A stretch of 64,000 nt of DNA from Raillietiella orientalis (Eukaryota). The position numbers and the translations under genes were made by a program. Below the pieces are notes generated by a model, which did no database searches, was not told where the DNA came from, and saw only the letters and a program-made list of their open reading frames with translations. Shown piece by piece: positions 10,601 through 24,800 of the stretch. Each line of letters opens with the position of its first letter. Position 1 is the first letter of the stretch. The stretch is taken from NCBI GenBank assembly GCA_036172245.1, contig JAYWIR010000140.1:1-64000 (forward strand). Direction: 5' to 3'.

Positions 10601-13600
10601 GCGATTTCCTGGTTTCAGAGGTGGATTAAGAAAAGTCCGACATTTGATTAGGGTGGGACACTTTGCACTCCGTATTGTTTTCATGGCAACCACTATCGGA
10701 ATTAGAAAGTGAATTATTTAATTCGATCTGATTCATTTTATGGTACAAATTTACATCTTTTGCTGGTTTGTAATCAATTCGAAGTACGGAGATTTCACCA
10801 TTGCACTTTTGCGCTTCTTCACGAAGCATCCGTTGGCAGCGCGAGGAAATCTACCGGCATGGATCACCACACTACCTTGCGATTTCCTGCGTTTAGAGGT
10901 GGATGAAGAACAGTCCGACATTTCATTAGGGCGGGGCACTTTGCACGCCGTGTTGTTTTCATGGCAACCACTGTCGGAATTGAAATGCGAATTATTTAAT
11001 TCGATCTGATTCACGGTATGGTATAAATTTACAACTTTTGCTGGTTTGTAATCAATTCGTAGTACGGAGATTTCACCATTGCACTGTTGCGCTTTTTCAC
11101 GAAACATACGTTGGCTTTGCGAGAGAATCTACCGTCATGGATAACCGCACAACCTTCCGATTTCCTGGTTTCAGAGGTGGATTAAGAACAGTCCGACATT
11201 TGATTAGGGCGGGGCACTTTGCACGCCGTGTTGTTTTCATGGCAACCACTGTCGGAATTGAAATGCGAATTATGTAATTCGATCTGATTCACGGTATGGT
11301 ATAAATTTACAACTTTTGCTGGTTTGTAATCAATTCGAAGTGAGGAGATTTCACCATGCACTTTGGCGGTTTTTCACGAAACATCCTTTCGCAGCCCGAG
11401 ACAATGTACCGTCATGGATAACCGCAGAACCTTCCGATTTCCTGCTTTCAGAGGTGGATTAACAAAAGTCCGATATTTGATTAGGGTGGTACACTTTGCA
11501 CTCCGTATTGTTTTCATAGCAACCACTGTCGGAATTAGAAAGTGAATAATTTAATTCGATCTGATTCATTTTATGGTACAAATTTACATCTTTTGCTGGC
11601 TTGTAATCAATTCGAAGTACGGAGATTTTAGCATTGCACTTTTGAGCTTCTTCACGAAGCATCCGTTGGCAGCGCGAGGAAATCTACCAGCATGGATCAC
11701 CACACTACCTTGCGATTTCCTACGGTTAGAGGTGGATGAATAACAGTCCGACATTTCATTTAGGGCGGGGCACTTTGCACGCCGTGTTGTTTTCATGGCA
11801 ACCACTGTCGGAATTAAAATGCGAATTATTTAATTCGATCTGATCCATAGTATGGTATAAATTTACAACTTTTGCAGGTTTGTAATCAATTCGAAGTGAG
11901 GAGATTTCACCATGCACTGTTGCGGTTTTTCACGAAACATCCGTTGGCAGCCCGAGGCAATGTACCGTCATGGATAACCGCACCACCTTGCGATTTCCTG
12001 GTTTCAGAGGTGGATTAAGAAAAGTCCGACATTTGATTAGGGTGGGACACTTTGCACTCCGTGTTGTTTTCATGGCAACCACTGTCGGAGATAAAAAGTG
12101 AATTATTTAATTGGATCTGATTCACGGTATGGTACAAATTTACATCTTTTGCTGGTTTGTAATCAATTCGAAGTACGCAGATTTCACCATTGCACTTTTG
12201 CGCTTCTTCACGAAGCATCCGTTGGCAGCGCGAGGAAATCTACCGGCATGGATCACCACACTACCTTGCGATTTCCTGCGTTTAGAGGTGGATGAAGAAC
12301 AGTCCGACATTTCATTTAGAGTTGGGCACTTTGCACGCCGTGTTGTTTTCATGACAACCACTGTCGGAATTGAAATGCGAATTATTTAATTCGATCTGAT
12401 TCACGGTATGGTATAAATTTACAACTTTTGCTGGTTTGTAATCAATTCGAAGTGAGGAGATTTCACCATGCACTGTTGCGGTTTTTCACGAAACATCCGT
12501 TGGCAGCCCGAGGCAATGTACCGTCATGGATAACCGCACCACCTTGCGATTTCCTGGTTTCAGAGGTGGATTAAGAAAAGTCCGACATTTGATTAGGGTG
12601 GGACACTTTGCACTTCGTGTTGTTTTGATAACAACCACTGTCGGAGATAAAAAGTGAATTATTAAATTGGATCTGATTCACGGTATGGTATAAATTTACA
12701 TCTTTTGCTGGCTTGTAATCAATTCCAAGTACGGAGATTTCAGCATTGCACTTTTGCGCTTCTTCACGAAGCATCCGTTGGCAGCGCGACGAAATCTACC
12801 GGCAAGGATCACCACACTACCTTGCGATTTCCTACGTTTAGAGGTGGATGAAGAACATTCCGACATTTCATTTAGGGCGGGGCACTTTGCACGCCGTGTT
12901 GTTTTCATGGCAACCACTGTCGGAATTGAAATGCGAATTATTTAATTCGATCTGATTCACGGTATGGTATAAATTTACAACATTTGCTGGTTTGTAATCA
13001 ATTCGAAGTGAGGTGATTTCACCATGCACTGTTGCGGTTTTTCACGAAACATCCGTTCGCAGCCCGAGCCAATGTACCGTCATGGATAACCGCACCACCT
13101 TGCGATTTCCTGGTTTCAGAGGTGGATTAAGAAAAGTCCGATATTTGATTAGGGTGGGACACTATGCACTCCGTGTTGTTTTGATGGCAACCACTGTCGG
13201 AGATAAAAAGTGAATTATTTAATTGGATCTGATTCACGGTATGGTATAAATTTACATCTTTTGCTGGTTTGTAATCAATTCGTAGTACGGTGATTTCACC
13301 ATTGCACTGTTGCGCTTTTTCACGACACATACGTTGGCAGTGCAAGGCAATCTACCGTCATGGATAACAGCACCACCTTGCGATTTCCTGTTTTCAAAGG
13401 TGGATTAAGAAAAGTCCGACATTTGATTAGGGTGGGACACTTTGCACTCCGTGTTGTTTTCATGGCAACCACTGTCGCAGATAAAAAGTGAATTATTAAA
13501 TTGGATCTGATTCACGGTATGGTATAAATTTACATCTTTTGCTGGCTTGTAATCAATTCCAAGTACAAAGATTTCAGCATTGCACTTTTGAGCTTCTTCA

Positions 13601-16600
13601 CGAAGCATCCGTTGGCAGCGCGAGGAAATCTACCGGCATGGATCACCACACTACCTTGCGATTTCCTGCGTTTAGAGGTGGATGAAGAACAGTCCGACAT
13701 TTCATTAGGGTGGGGCACTTTGCACGCCGTGTTGTTTTCATGGCAACCACTGTCGGATTTAAAAAGTGAATTATTAAATTGGATCTGATTCACGGTATGG
13801 TATAAATTTACATCTTTTGCTGGTTTGTAATCAATTCGAAGTACGGAGATTTCACCATTGCACTTTTGCGCTTCTTCACGAAGCATCCGTTGGCAGCGCG
13901 AGGAAATCTACCGGCATGGATCACCACACTACCTTGCGATTTCCTGCGTTTAGAGGTGGATGAAGAACAGTCCGACATTTCATTAGGGCGGGGCACTTTG
14001 CACGCCGTGTTGTTTTCATGGCAACCACTGTCGGAATCGAAATGCGAATTATTTAATTCGATCTGTTTCACGGTATGGTATAAATTTACAACTTTTGCTG
14101 GTTTGTAATCAATTCGAAGTCAGGAGATTTCACCATGCACTGTTGCGGTTTTTCACGAAACATCCGTTCGCAGCCCGAGGCAATGTACCGTCATGGATAA
14201 CCGCACCACCTTGCGATTTTCTGGTTTCAGAGGTGGATTAAGAAAAGTCCGACATTTGATTAGGGTGGGAGACTATGCACTCCGTGTTGTTTTGATGGCA
14301 ACCACTGTCGGAGATAAAAAGTTAATTATTTAATTGGATCTGATTCACGGTATGGTATAAATTTACAACTTTTGCTGGTTTGTATTTAATTCGAAGTGAG
14401 GAGATTTCACCATGCACTGTGGCGGTTTTTCACGAAACATCCGTTGGCAGCGCGACGAAAACTACCGGCAAGGATCACCACACTACCTTGCGATTTCCTA
14501 CGTTTAGAGGTGAATGAAGAACATTCCGACATTTCAGTTAGGGCGGGGCACTTTGCACTCCGTGTTGTTTTCATGGCAACCAATGTCGGAGATAAAAAGT
14601 GAATTATTCAATTGGATCTGATTCACGGTATGGTACAAATTTACATCTTTTGCTGGTTTGTAATCAATTCGAAGTACGCAGATTTCACCATTGCACTTTT
14701 GCGCTTCTTCACGAAGCATCCGTTGGCAGCGCGAGAAAATCTATAGGCATGGATCACCACACTACCTTGCGATTTCCTGCGTTTAGAGGTGGATGAAGAA
14801 CAGTCCGACATTTCAATAGGGCGGGGCACTTTGCACGCCGTGTTGTTTTCATGGCAACCACTGTCGGAATTGAAATGCGAATTATTTAATTCGATCTGAT
14901 TCCCGGTATGGTATAAATTTAGAACTTTTGCTGGTTTGTAATCAATTCGAAGTGAGGTGATTTCACCATGCACTGTTGCGGTTTTTCACGAAACATCCGT
15001 TCGCAGCCCGAGCCAATGTACCATCATGGATATCCGCACCACCTTGCGATTTCCTGGTTTCAGAGATGGATTAAGAAAAGTCCGACATTTGATTAGGGTG
15101 GGACACTTTGCACTCCTTGTTGTTTTGATGGCAAGCACTGTCGGAGATAAAAAGTGAATTATTTAATTGGATCTGATTCACGGTATGGTACAAATTTACA
15201 TCTTTTGCTGGTTTGTAATCAATTCGAAGTACGCAGATTTCACCATTGCACTTTTGCGCTTCTTCACGAAGCATCCGTTGGCAGCGCGACGAAATCTACC
15301 GGCATGGATAACCACACTAACTTGCGATTTCCTACGTTTAGAGGTGGATGAAGAACAGTTTGACATTTCATTTAGGGTTGGGCACTTTGCACGCCGTGTT
15401 GTTTTCATGGCAACCACTGTCGGAATTGAAATGCGAATTATTTAATTCGATCTGATTCACGGTATGGTATAAATTTACAACATTTGCTGGTTTGTAATCA
15501 ATTCGAAGTGAGGAGATTTCACCATGCACTGTTGCGGTTTTTCACGAAACATCCGTTCGCAGCCCGAGCCAATGTACCGTCATGGATAACCGCACCACCT
15601 TGCGATTTCCTGGTTTCAGCGGTGGATTAAGAAAAGTCCGACATTTGATTAGGGTGGTACACTATGCACTCCGTGTTGTTTTGATGGCAACCACTGTCGG
15701 AGATAAGAAGTGAATTATTTAATTGGATCTGATTCACGGTATGGTATAAATTTACATCTTTTGCTGGTTTGTAATCAATTCGTAGTACGGAGATTTCACC
15801 ATTGCACTGTTGCGCTTTTTCACGACACATACGTTGGCAGTGCAAGGCAATCTACCGTCATGGATAACAGCACCACCTTGCGATTTCCTGTTTTCAAAGG
15901 TGGATTAAGAAAAGTCCGACATTTGATTAGGGTGGGACACTTTGCACGCCGTGTTGTTTTCATGGCAACCACTGTCGGAGATAAAAAGTGAATTATTTAA
16001 TTGGATCTGATTCACGGTATGGTACAAATTTACATCTTTTGCTGGTTTGTAATCAATTTGAAGTACGCAGATTTCACCATTGCACTTTTGCGCTTCTTCA
16101 GGAAGCTTCCGTTGGCAGCGCGACGAAATCTACCGGCATGGATCACCACACTACCTTGCGATTTCCTACGTTTAGAGGTGGATGAAGAACAGTCCGACAT
16201 TTCATTTAGGGTTGGGCACTTTGCACGCCGTGTTGTTTTCATGGCAACCACTGTGGGAATTGAAATGCAAATTATTTAATTCGATCTGATTCACGGTATG
16301 GTATAAATTTACAACTTTTGCTGGTTTGTATTTAATTCGAAGTGAGGAGATTTCACCATGCACTGTGGCGGTTTTTCACGAAACATCCGTTGGCAGCCCG
16401 AGGCAATCTACCGTCATGGATAACCGCACCACCTTGCGATTTCCTGGTTTCAGAGGTGGATTAAGAAAAGTCCGACATTTGATTAGGGTGGGACACTTTG
16501 CACTTCGTGTTGTTTTGATAACAACCACTGTCGGAGATGAAAAGTGAATTATTAAATTGGATCTGATTCACGGTATGGAATAAATTTACATCTTTTGCTG

Positions 16601-18849
16601 GCTTGTAATCAATTCCAAGTACGGAGATTTCAGCATTGCACTTTTGCGCTTCTTCACGAAGCATCCGTTGGCAGCGCGACGAAATCTACCGGCAAGGATC
16701 ACCACACTACCTTGCGATTTCCTACGTTTAGAGGTGGATGAAGAACATTCCGACATTTCATTTAGGGCGGGGCACTTTGCACGCCGTGTTGTTTTCATGG
16801 CAACCACTGTCGGAATTGAAATGCGAATTATTTAATTCGATCCGATTCACGGTATGGTATAAATTTACAACATTTGCTGGTTTGTAATCAATTCGAAGTG
16901 AGGTGATTTCACCTTGCACTGTTGCGCGTTTTTCACGAAACATCCGTTCGCAGCCCGAGCCAATGTACCGTCATGGATAACCGCACCACCTTGCGATTTC
17001 CTGGTTTCAGAGGTGGATTAAGAAAAGTCCGATATTTGATTAGGGTGGGACACTATGCACTCCGTGTTGTTTTGATGGCAACCACTGTCGGAGATAAAAA
17101 GTGAATTATTTAATTGGATCTGATTCACGGTATTTTATAAATTTACATATTTTGCTGGTTTGTAATCAATTCGTAGTACGGTGATTTCACCATTGCACTG
17201 TTGCGCTTTTTCACGACACATACGTTGGCAGTGCAAGGCAATCTACCGTCATGGATAACAGCACCACCTTGCGATTTCCTGTTTTCAAAGGTGGATTAAG
17301 AAAAGTCCGACATTTGATTAGGGTGGGACACTTTGCACTCCGTGTTGTTTTCATGGCAACCACTGTCGCAGATAAAAAGTGAATTATTAAATTGGATCTG
17401 ATTCACGGTATGGTATAAATTTACATCTTTTGCTGGCTTGTAATCAATTCCAAGTACAAAGATTTCAGCATTGCACTTTTGAGCTTCTTCACGAAGCATC
17501 CGTTGGCAGCGCGAGGAAATCTACCGGCATGGATCACCACACTACCTTGCGATTTCCTACGTTTAGAGGTGGATGAAGAACAGTCCGACATTTCATTTAG
17601 GGCGGGGCACTTTGCACGCCGTGTTGTTTTCATGGCAACCACTGTCGGAGATAAAAAGTGAATTATTTAATTGGATCTGATTCACGGTATGGTACAAATT
17701 TACATCTTTTGCTGGTTTGTAATCAATTTGAAGTACGCAGATTTCACCATTGCACTTTTGCGCTTCTTCAGGAAGCATCCGTTGGCAGCGCGACGAAATC
17801 TACCGGCATGGATCACCACACTACCTTGCGATTTCCTACGTTTAGAGGTGGATGAAGAACAGTCCGACATTTCATTTAGGGTTGGGCACTTTGCACGCCG
17901 TGTTGTTTTCATGGCAACCACTGTGGGAATTGAAATGCAAATTATTTAATTCGATCTGATTCACGGTATGGTATAAATTTACAACTTTTGCTGGTTTGTA
18001 TTTAATTCGAAGTGAGGAGATTTCACCATGCACTGTGGCGGTTTTTCACGAAACATCCGTTGGCAGCGCGACGAAATCTACCGGCAAGGATCACCACACT
18101 ACCTTGCGATTTCCTACGTTTAGAGGTGGATGAAGAACATTCCGACATTTCATTTAGGGCGGGGCACTTTGCACTCCGTGTTGTTTTCATGGCAACCAAT
18201 GTCGGAGATAAAAAGTGAATTATTTAATTGGATCTGATTCACGGTATGGTACAAATTTACATCTTTTGCTGGTTTGTAATCAATTCGAAGTACGCAGATT
18301 TCACCATTGCACTTTTGCGCTTCTTCACGAAGCATCCGTTGGCAGCGCGACGCAATCTACAGGCATGGATCACCACACTACCTTGCGATTTCCTACGTTT
18401 AGAGGTGGATGAAGAACAGTCCGACATTTCATTTAGGGTTGGGCACTTTGCACGCCGTGTTGTTTTCATGGCAACCACTGTCGGAATTGAAATGCGGATT
18501 ATTTAATTCGATCTGATTCACGGTATGGTATAAATTTACAACTTTTGCTGGTTTGTAATCAATTCGAAGTGAGGAGATTTCACCATGCACTGTTGCGGTT
18601 TTCACGAAACATCCGTTGGCAGCCCGAGGCAATGTACCGTCATGGATAACCGCACCACCTTGCGATTTCCTGGTTTCAGAGGTGGCTTAAGAAAAGTCCG
18701 ACATTTTATTAGGGTGGGACACTTTGCACTCCGTGTAGTTTTCATGGCAACCACTGTCGGAGATAAAAAGTGAATTACTAAATTGGATCTGATTCACGGT
18801 ATGGTATAAATTTACATCTTTTGCTGGTTTGTAATCAATTCGAAGTACG

Positions 18850-21800
18850 CAGATTTCACCATTGCACTTTTGCGCTTCTTCACGAAGCATCCGTTGGCAG
18901 CGCGACGAAATCTACCGGCATGGATCACCACACTACCTTGCGATTTCCTACGTTTAGAGGTGGATGAAGAACAGTCCGACATTTCATTTAGGGTTGGGCA
19001 CTTTGCACGCCGTGTTGTTTTCATGGCAACCACTGTCGGAATTGAAATGCGAATTATTTAATTCGATCTGATTCACGGTATGGTATAAATTTACAACTTT
19101 TGCTGGTTTGTAATCAATTTGAAGTGAGGAGATTTCACCATGCACTGTGGCGGTTTTTCACGAAACATCCGTTGGCAGCGCGACGAAGTCTACCGGCAAG
19201 GATCAATACACTACCTTGCGATTTCCTACGTTTAGAGGTGGATGAAGAACATTCCGACATTTCATTTAGGGCGCGGCACTTTGCACGCCGTGTTGTTTTC
19301 ATGGCAACCACTGTCGGAATTGAAAAGCGAATTATTTAATTCGATCTGATTCACGGTATGGTACAAATTTACAACTTTTGCTGGTTTGTAATCAATTCGA
19401 AGTGAGGAGTTTTTACCATGCACTGTTGCGGTTTTTCACGAAACATCCGTTGGCAGCCCGAGGCAATCTACCGTCATGGATAACCGCACCACCTTGCGAT
19501 TTCCTGGTTTCAGAGGTGGATTAAGAAAAGTCCGACATTTGATTAGGGTGGGACACTTTGCACTTCGTGTTGTTTTGATAACAACCACTGTCGGAGATAA
19601 AAAGTGAATTATTAAATTGGATCTGATTCACGGTATGGTATAAATTTACATCTTTTGCTGGCTTGTAATCAATTCCAAGTACGGAGATTTCAGCATTGCA
19701 CTTTTGCGCTTCTTCACGAAGCATCCGTTGGCAGCGCGACGAAATCTACCGGCAAGGATCACCACACTACCTTGCGATTTCGTACGTTTAGAGGTGGATG
19801 AAGAACATTCCGACATTTCATTTAGGGCGGGGCACTTTGCACGCCGTGTTGTTTTCATGGCAACCACTGTCGGAATTGAAATGCGAATTATTTAATTCGA
19901 TCTGATTCACGGTATGGTATAAATTTACAACATTTGCTGGTTTGTAATCAATTCGAAGTGAGGTGATTTCACCATGCACTGTTGCGGTTTTTCACGAAAC
20001 ATCCGTTCGCAGCCCGAGCCAATGTACCGTCATGGATAACCGCACCACCTTGCGATTTCCTGGTTTCAGAGGTGGATTAAGAAAAGTCCGACATTTGATT
20101 AGGGTGGGACACTATGCACTCCGTGTTGTTTTGATGGCAACCACTGTCGGAGATAAAAAGTGAATTATTTAATTGGATCTGATTCACGGTATGGTATAAA
20201 TTTACATCTTTTGCTGGTTTGTAATCAATTCGTAGTACGGAGATTTCACCATTGCACTGTTGCGCTTTTTCACGACACATACGTTGGCAGTGCAAGGCAA
20301 TCTACCGTCATGGATAACAGCACCACCTTGCGATTTCCTGTTTTCAAAGGTGGATTAAGAAAAGTCCGACATTTGATTAGGGTGGGACACTTTGCACTCC
20401 GTGTTGTTTTCTAGGCAACCACTCCGGAAAGTGAATTATTAAATTGGATCTGATTCACGGTATGGTATAAATTTACATCTTTTGCTGGCTTGTAATCAAT
20501 TCCAAGTACAAAGATTTCAGCATTGCACTTTTCAGCTTCTTCACGAAGCATCCGTTGGCAGCGCGAGGAAATCTACCGGCATGGATCACCACACTACCTT
20601 GCGATTTCCTACGTTTAGAGGTGGATGAAGAACAGTCCGACATTTCATTTAGGGCGGGGCACTTTGCACGCCGTGTTGTTTTCATGGCAACCACTGTCGG
20701 AGATAAAAAGTGAATTATTAAATTGGATCTGATTCGCGGTATGGTATAAATTTACATCTTTTGCTGGCTTGTAATCAATTCCAAGTACAAAGATTTCAGC
20801 ATTGCACTTTTGAGCTTCTTCACGAAGCATCCGTTGGCAGCGCGAGGAAATCTACCGGCATGGATCACCACACTACCTTGCGATTTCCTACGTTTAGAGG
20901 TGGATGAAGAACAGTCCGACATTTCATTTAGGGTTGGGCACTTTGCACGCCGTGTTGTTTTCATGGCAACCACTGTGGGAATTGAAATGCAAATTATTTA
21001 ATTCGATCTGATTCACGGTATGGTATAAATTTACAACTTTTGCTGGTTTGTATTTAATTCGAAGTGAGGAGATTTCACCATGCACTGTGGCGGTTTTTCA
21101 CGAAACATCCGTTGGCAGCGCGACGAAATCTACCGGCAAGGATCACCACACTACCTTGCGATTTCCTACGTTTAGAGGTGGATGAAGAACATTCCGACAT
21201 TTCATTTAGGGCGGGGCACTTTGCACTCCGTGTTGTTTTCATGGCAACCAATGTCGGAGATAAAAAGTGAATTATTTAATTGGATCTGATTCACGGTATG
21301 GTACAAATTTACATCTTTTGCTGGTTTGTAATCAATTCGAAGTACGCAGATTTCACCATTGCACTTTTGCGCTTCTTCACGAAGCATCCGTTGGCAGCGC
21401 GACGCAATCTACAGGCATGGATCACCACTCTACCTTGCGATTTCCTACGTTTAGAGGTGGAAGAAGAACAGTCCGACATTTCATTTAGGGTTGGGCACTT
21501 TGCACGCCGTGTTGTTTTCATGGCAACCACTGTCGGAATTGAAATGCGGATTATTTAATTCGATCTGATTCACGGTATGGTATAAATTTACAACTTTTGC
21601 TGGTTTGTAATCAATTCGAAGTGAGGAGATTTCACCATGCACTGTTGCGGTTTTCACGAAACATCCGTTGGCAGCCCGAGGCAATGTACCGTCATGGATA
21701 ACCGCACCACCTTGCGATTTCCTGGTATCAGAGGTGGCTTAAGAAAAGTCCGACATTTTATTAGGGTGGGACACTTTGCACTCCGTGTAGTTTTCATGGC

Positions 21801-24800
21801 AACCACTGTCGGAGATAAAAAGTGAATTACTAAATTGGATCTGATTCACGGTATGGTATAAATTTACATCTTTTGCTGGTTTGTAATCAATTCGAAGTAC
21901 GCAGATTTCACCATTGCACTTTTGCGCTTCTTCACGAAGCATCCGTTGGCAGCGCGAGAAAATCTACCGGCATGGATCACCACACTACCTTGCGATTTCC
22001 TGCGTTTAGAGGTGGATGAAGAACAGTCCGACATTTCAATAGGGCGGGGCACTTTGCACGCCGTGTTGTTTTCATGGCAACCACTGTCGGAATTGAAATG
22101 CGAATTATTTAATTCGATCTGATTCACGGTATGGTATAAATTTACAACTTTTGCTGGTTTGTAATCAATTCGAAGTGAGGAGATTTCACCATGCAATGTT
22201 GCGGTTTTTCACGAAACATCCGTTCGCAGCCCGAGCCAATGTACCATCATGGATATCCGCACCACCTTGCGATTTCCTGGTTTCAGAGATGGATTAAGAA
22301 AAGTCCGACATTTGATTAGGGTGGGACACTTTGCACTCCGTGTTGTTTTCATAGCAACCACTGTCGGAATTAGAAATTGAATAATTTAATTCGATCTGAT
22401 TCATTTTATGGTACAAATTTACATCTTTTGCTGGTTTGTAATCAATTCGAAGTGAGGAGATTTCACCATGCACTGTTGCGGTTTTTCACGAAACATCCGT
22501 TGGCAGCCCGAGGCAATCTACCGTCATGGATAACCCCACCACCTTGCGATTTCCTGGTTTCAGAGGTGGATTAAGAAAAGTCCGACATTTGATTAGGGTG
22601 GGACACTTTGCACCCCGTGTTGTTTTGATGGCAACCACAGACGGAGATAAAAAGTGAATTATTTAATTGGATCTGATTCACGGTATGGTACAAATTTACA
22701 TCTTTTGCTGGTTTGTAATCAATTCGAAGTACGCAGATTGCACCATTGCACTTTTGCGCTTCTTCACGAAGCATCCCTTGGCAGCGCGACGAAATCTACC
22801 GGCATGGATCACCACACTACCTTGCGATTTCCTACGTTTAGAGGTGGATGAAGAACAGTCCGACATTTCATTTAGGGTTGGGCACTTTGCACGCCGTGTT
22901 GTTTTCATGGCAACCACTGTCGGAATTCAAAAGCGAATTATTTAATTCGATCTGATTCACGGTATGGTATAAATTTACAACTTTTGCTGGTTTGTAATCA
23001 ATTTGAAGTTAGGAGATTTCACCATGCACTGTGGCGGTTTTTCACGAAACATCCGTTGGCAGCGCGACGAAATCTACCGGCAAGGATCACCACACTACCT
23101 TGCGATTTCCTACGTTTAGAGGTGGATGAAGAACATTCCGTCATTTCATTTAGGGCGGGGCACTTTGCACGCCGTGTTGTTTTCATGGCAACCACTGTCG
23201 GAATTGAAAAGCGAATTATTTAATTCGATCTGATTCACGGTATGGTACAAATTTACAACTTTTGCTGGTTTGTAATCAATTCGAAGTGAGGAGTTTTTAC
23301 CATGCACTGTTGCGGTTTTTCACGAAACATCCGTTGGCAGCCCGAGGCAATCTACCGTCATGGATAACCGCACCACCTTGCGATTTCCTGGTTTCAGAGG
23401 TGGATTAAGAAAAGTCCGACATTTGATTAGGGTGGGACACTTTGCACTTCGTGTTGTTTTGATAACAACCACTGTCGGAGATAAAAAGTGAATTATTAAA
23501 TTGGATCTGATTCACGGTATGGTATAAATTTACATCTTTTGCTGGCTTGTAATCAATTCCAAGTACGGAGATTTCAGCATTGCACTTTTGCGCTTCTTCA
23601 CGAAGCATCCGTTGGCAGCGCGACGAAATCTACCGGCAAGGATCACCACACTACCTTGCGATTTCCTACGTTTAGAGGTGGATGAAGAACATTCCGACAT
23701 TTCATTTAGGGCGGGGCACTTTGCACGCCGTGTTGTTTTCATGGCAACCACTGTCGGAATTGAAATGCGAATTATTTAATTCGATCTGATTCACGGTATG
23801 GTATAAATTTACAACATTTGCTGGTTTGTAATCAATTCGAAGTGAGGTGATTTCACCATGCACTGTTGCGGTTTTTCACGAAACATCCGTTCGCAGCCCG
23901 AGCCAATGTACCGTCATGGATAACCGCACCACCTTGCGATTTCCTGGTTTCAGAGGTGGATTAAGAAAAGTCCGATATTTGATTAGGGTGGGACACTATG
24001 CACTCCGTGTTGTTTTGATGGCAACCACTGTCGGAGATAAAAAGTGAATTATTTAATTGGATCTGATTCACGGTATGGTATAAATTTACATCTTTTGCTG
24101 GTTTGTAATCAATTCGTAGTACGGTGATTTCACCATTGCACTGTTGCGCTTTTTCACGACACATACGTTGGCAGTGCAAGGCAATCTACCGTCATGGATA
24201 ACAGCACCACCTTGCGATTTCCTGTTCTCAAAGGTGGATTAAGAAAAGTCCGACATTTGATTAGGGTGGGACACTTTGCACTCCGTGTTGTTTTCATGGC
24301 AACCTCTGTCGCAGATAAAAAGTGAATTATTAAATTGGATCTGATTCACGGTATGGTATAAATTTACATCTTTTGCTGGCTTGTAATCAATTCCAAGCAC
24401 AAAGATTTCAGCATTGCACTTTTGAGCTTCTTCACGAAGCATCCGTTGGCAGCGCGAGGAAATCTACCGGCATGGATCACCACACTACCTTGCGATTTCC
24501 TACGTTTAGAGGTGGATGAAGAACAGTCCGACATTTCATTTAGGGCGGGGCACTTTGCACGCCGTGTTGTTTTCATGGCAACCACTGTCGGAGATAAAAA
24601 GTGAATTATTTAATTGGATCTGATTCACGGTATGGTACAAATTTACATCTTTTGCTGGTTTGTAATCAATTTGAAGTACGCAGATTTCACCATTGCACTT
24701 TTGCGCTTCTTCAGGAAGCATCCGTTGGCAGCGCGACGAAATCTACCGGCATGGATCACCACACTACCTTGCGATTTCCTACGTTTAGAGGTGGATGAAG

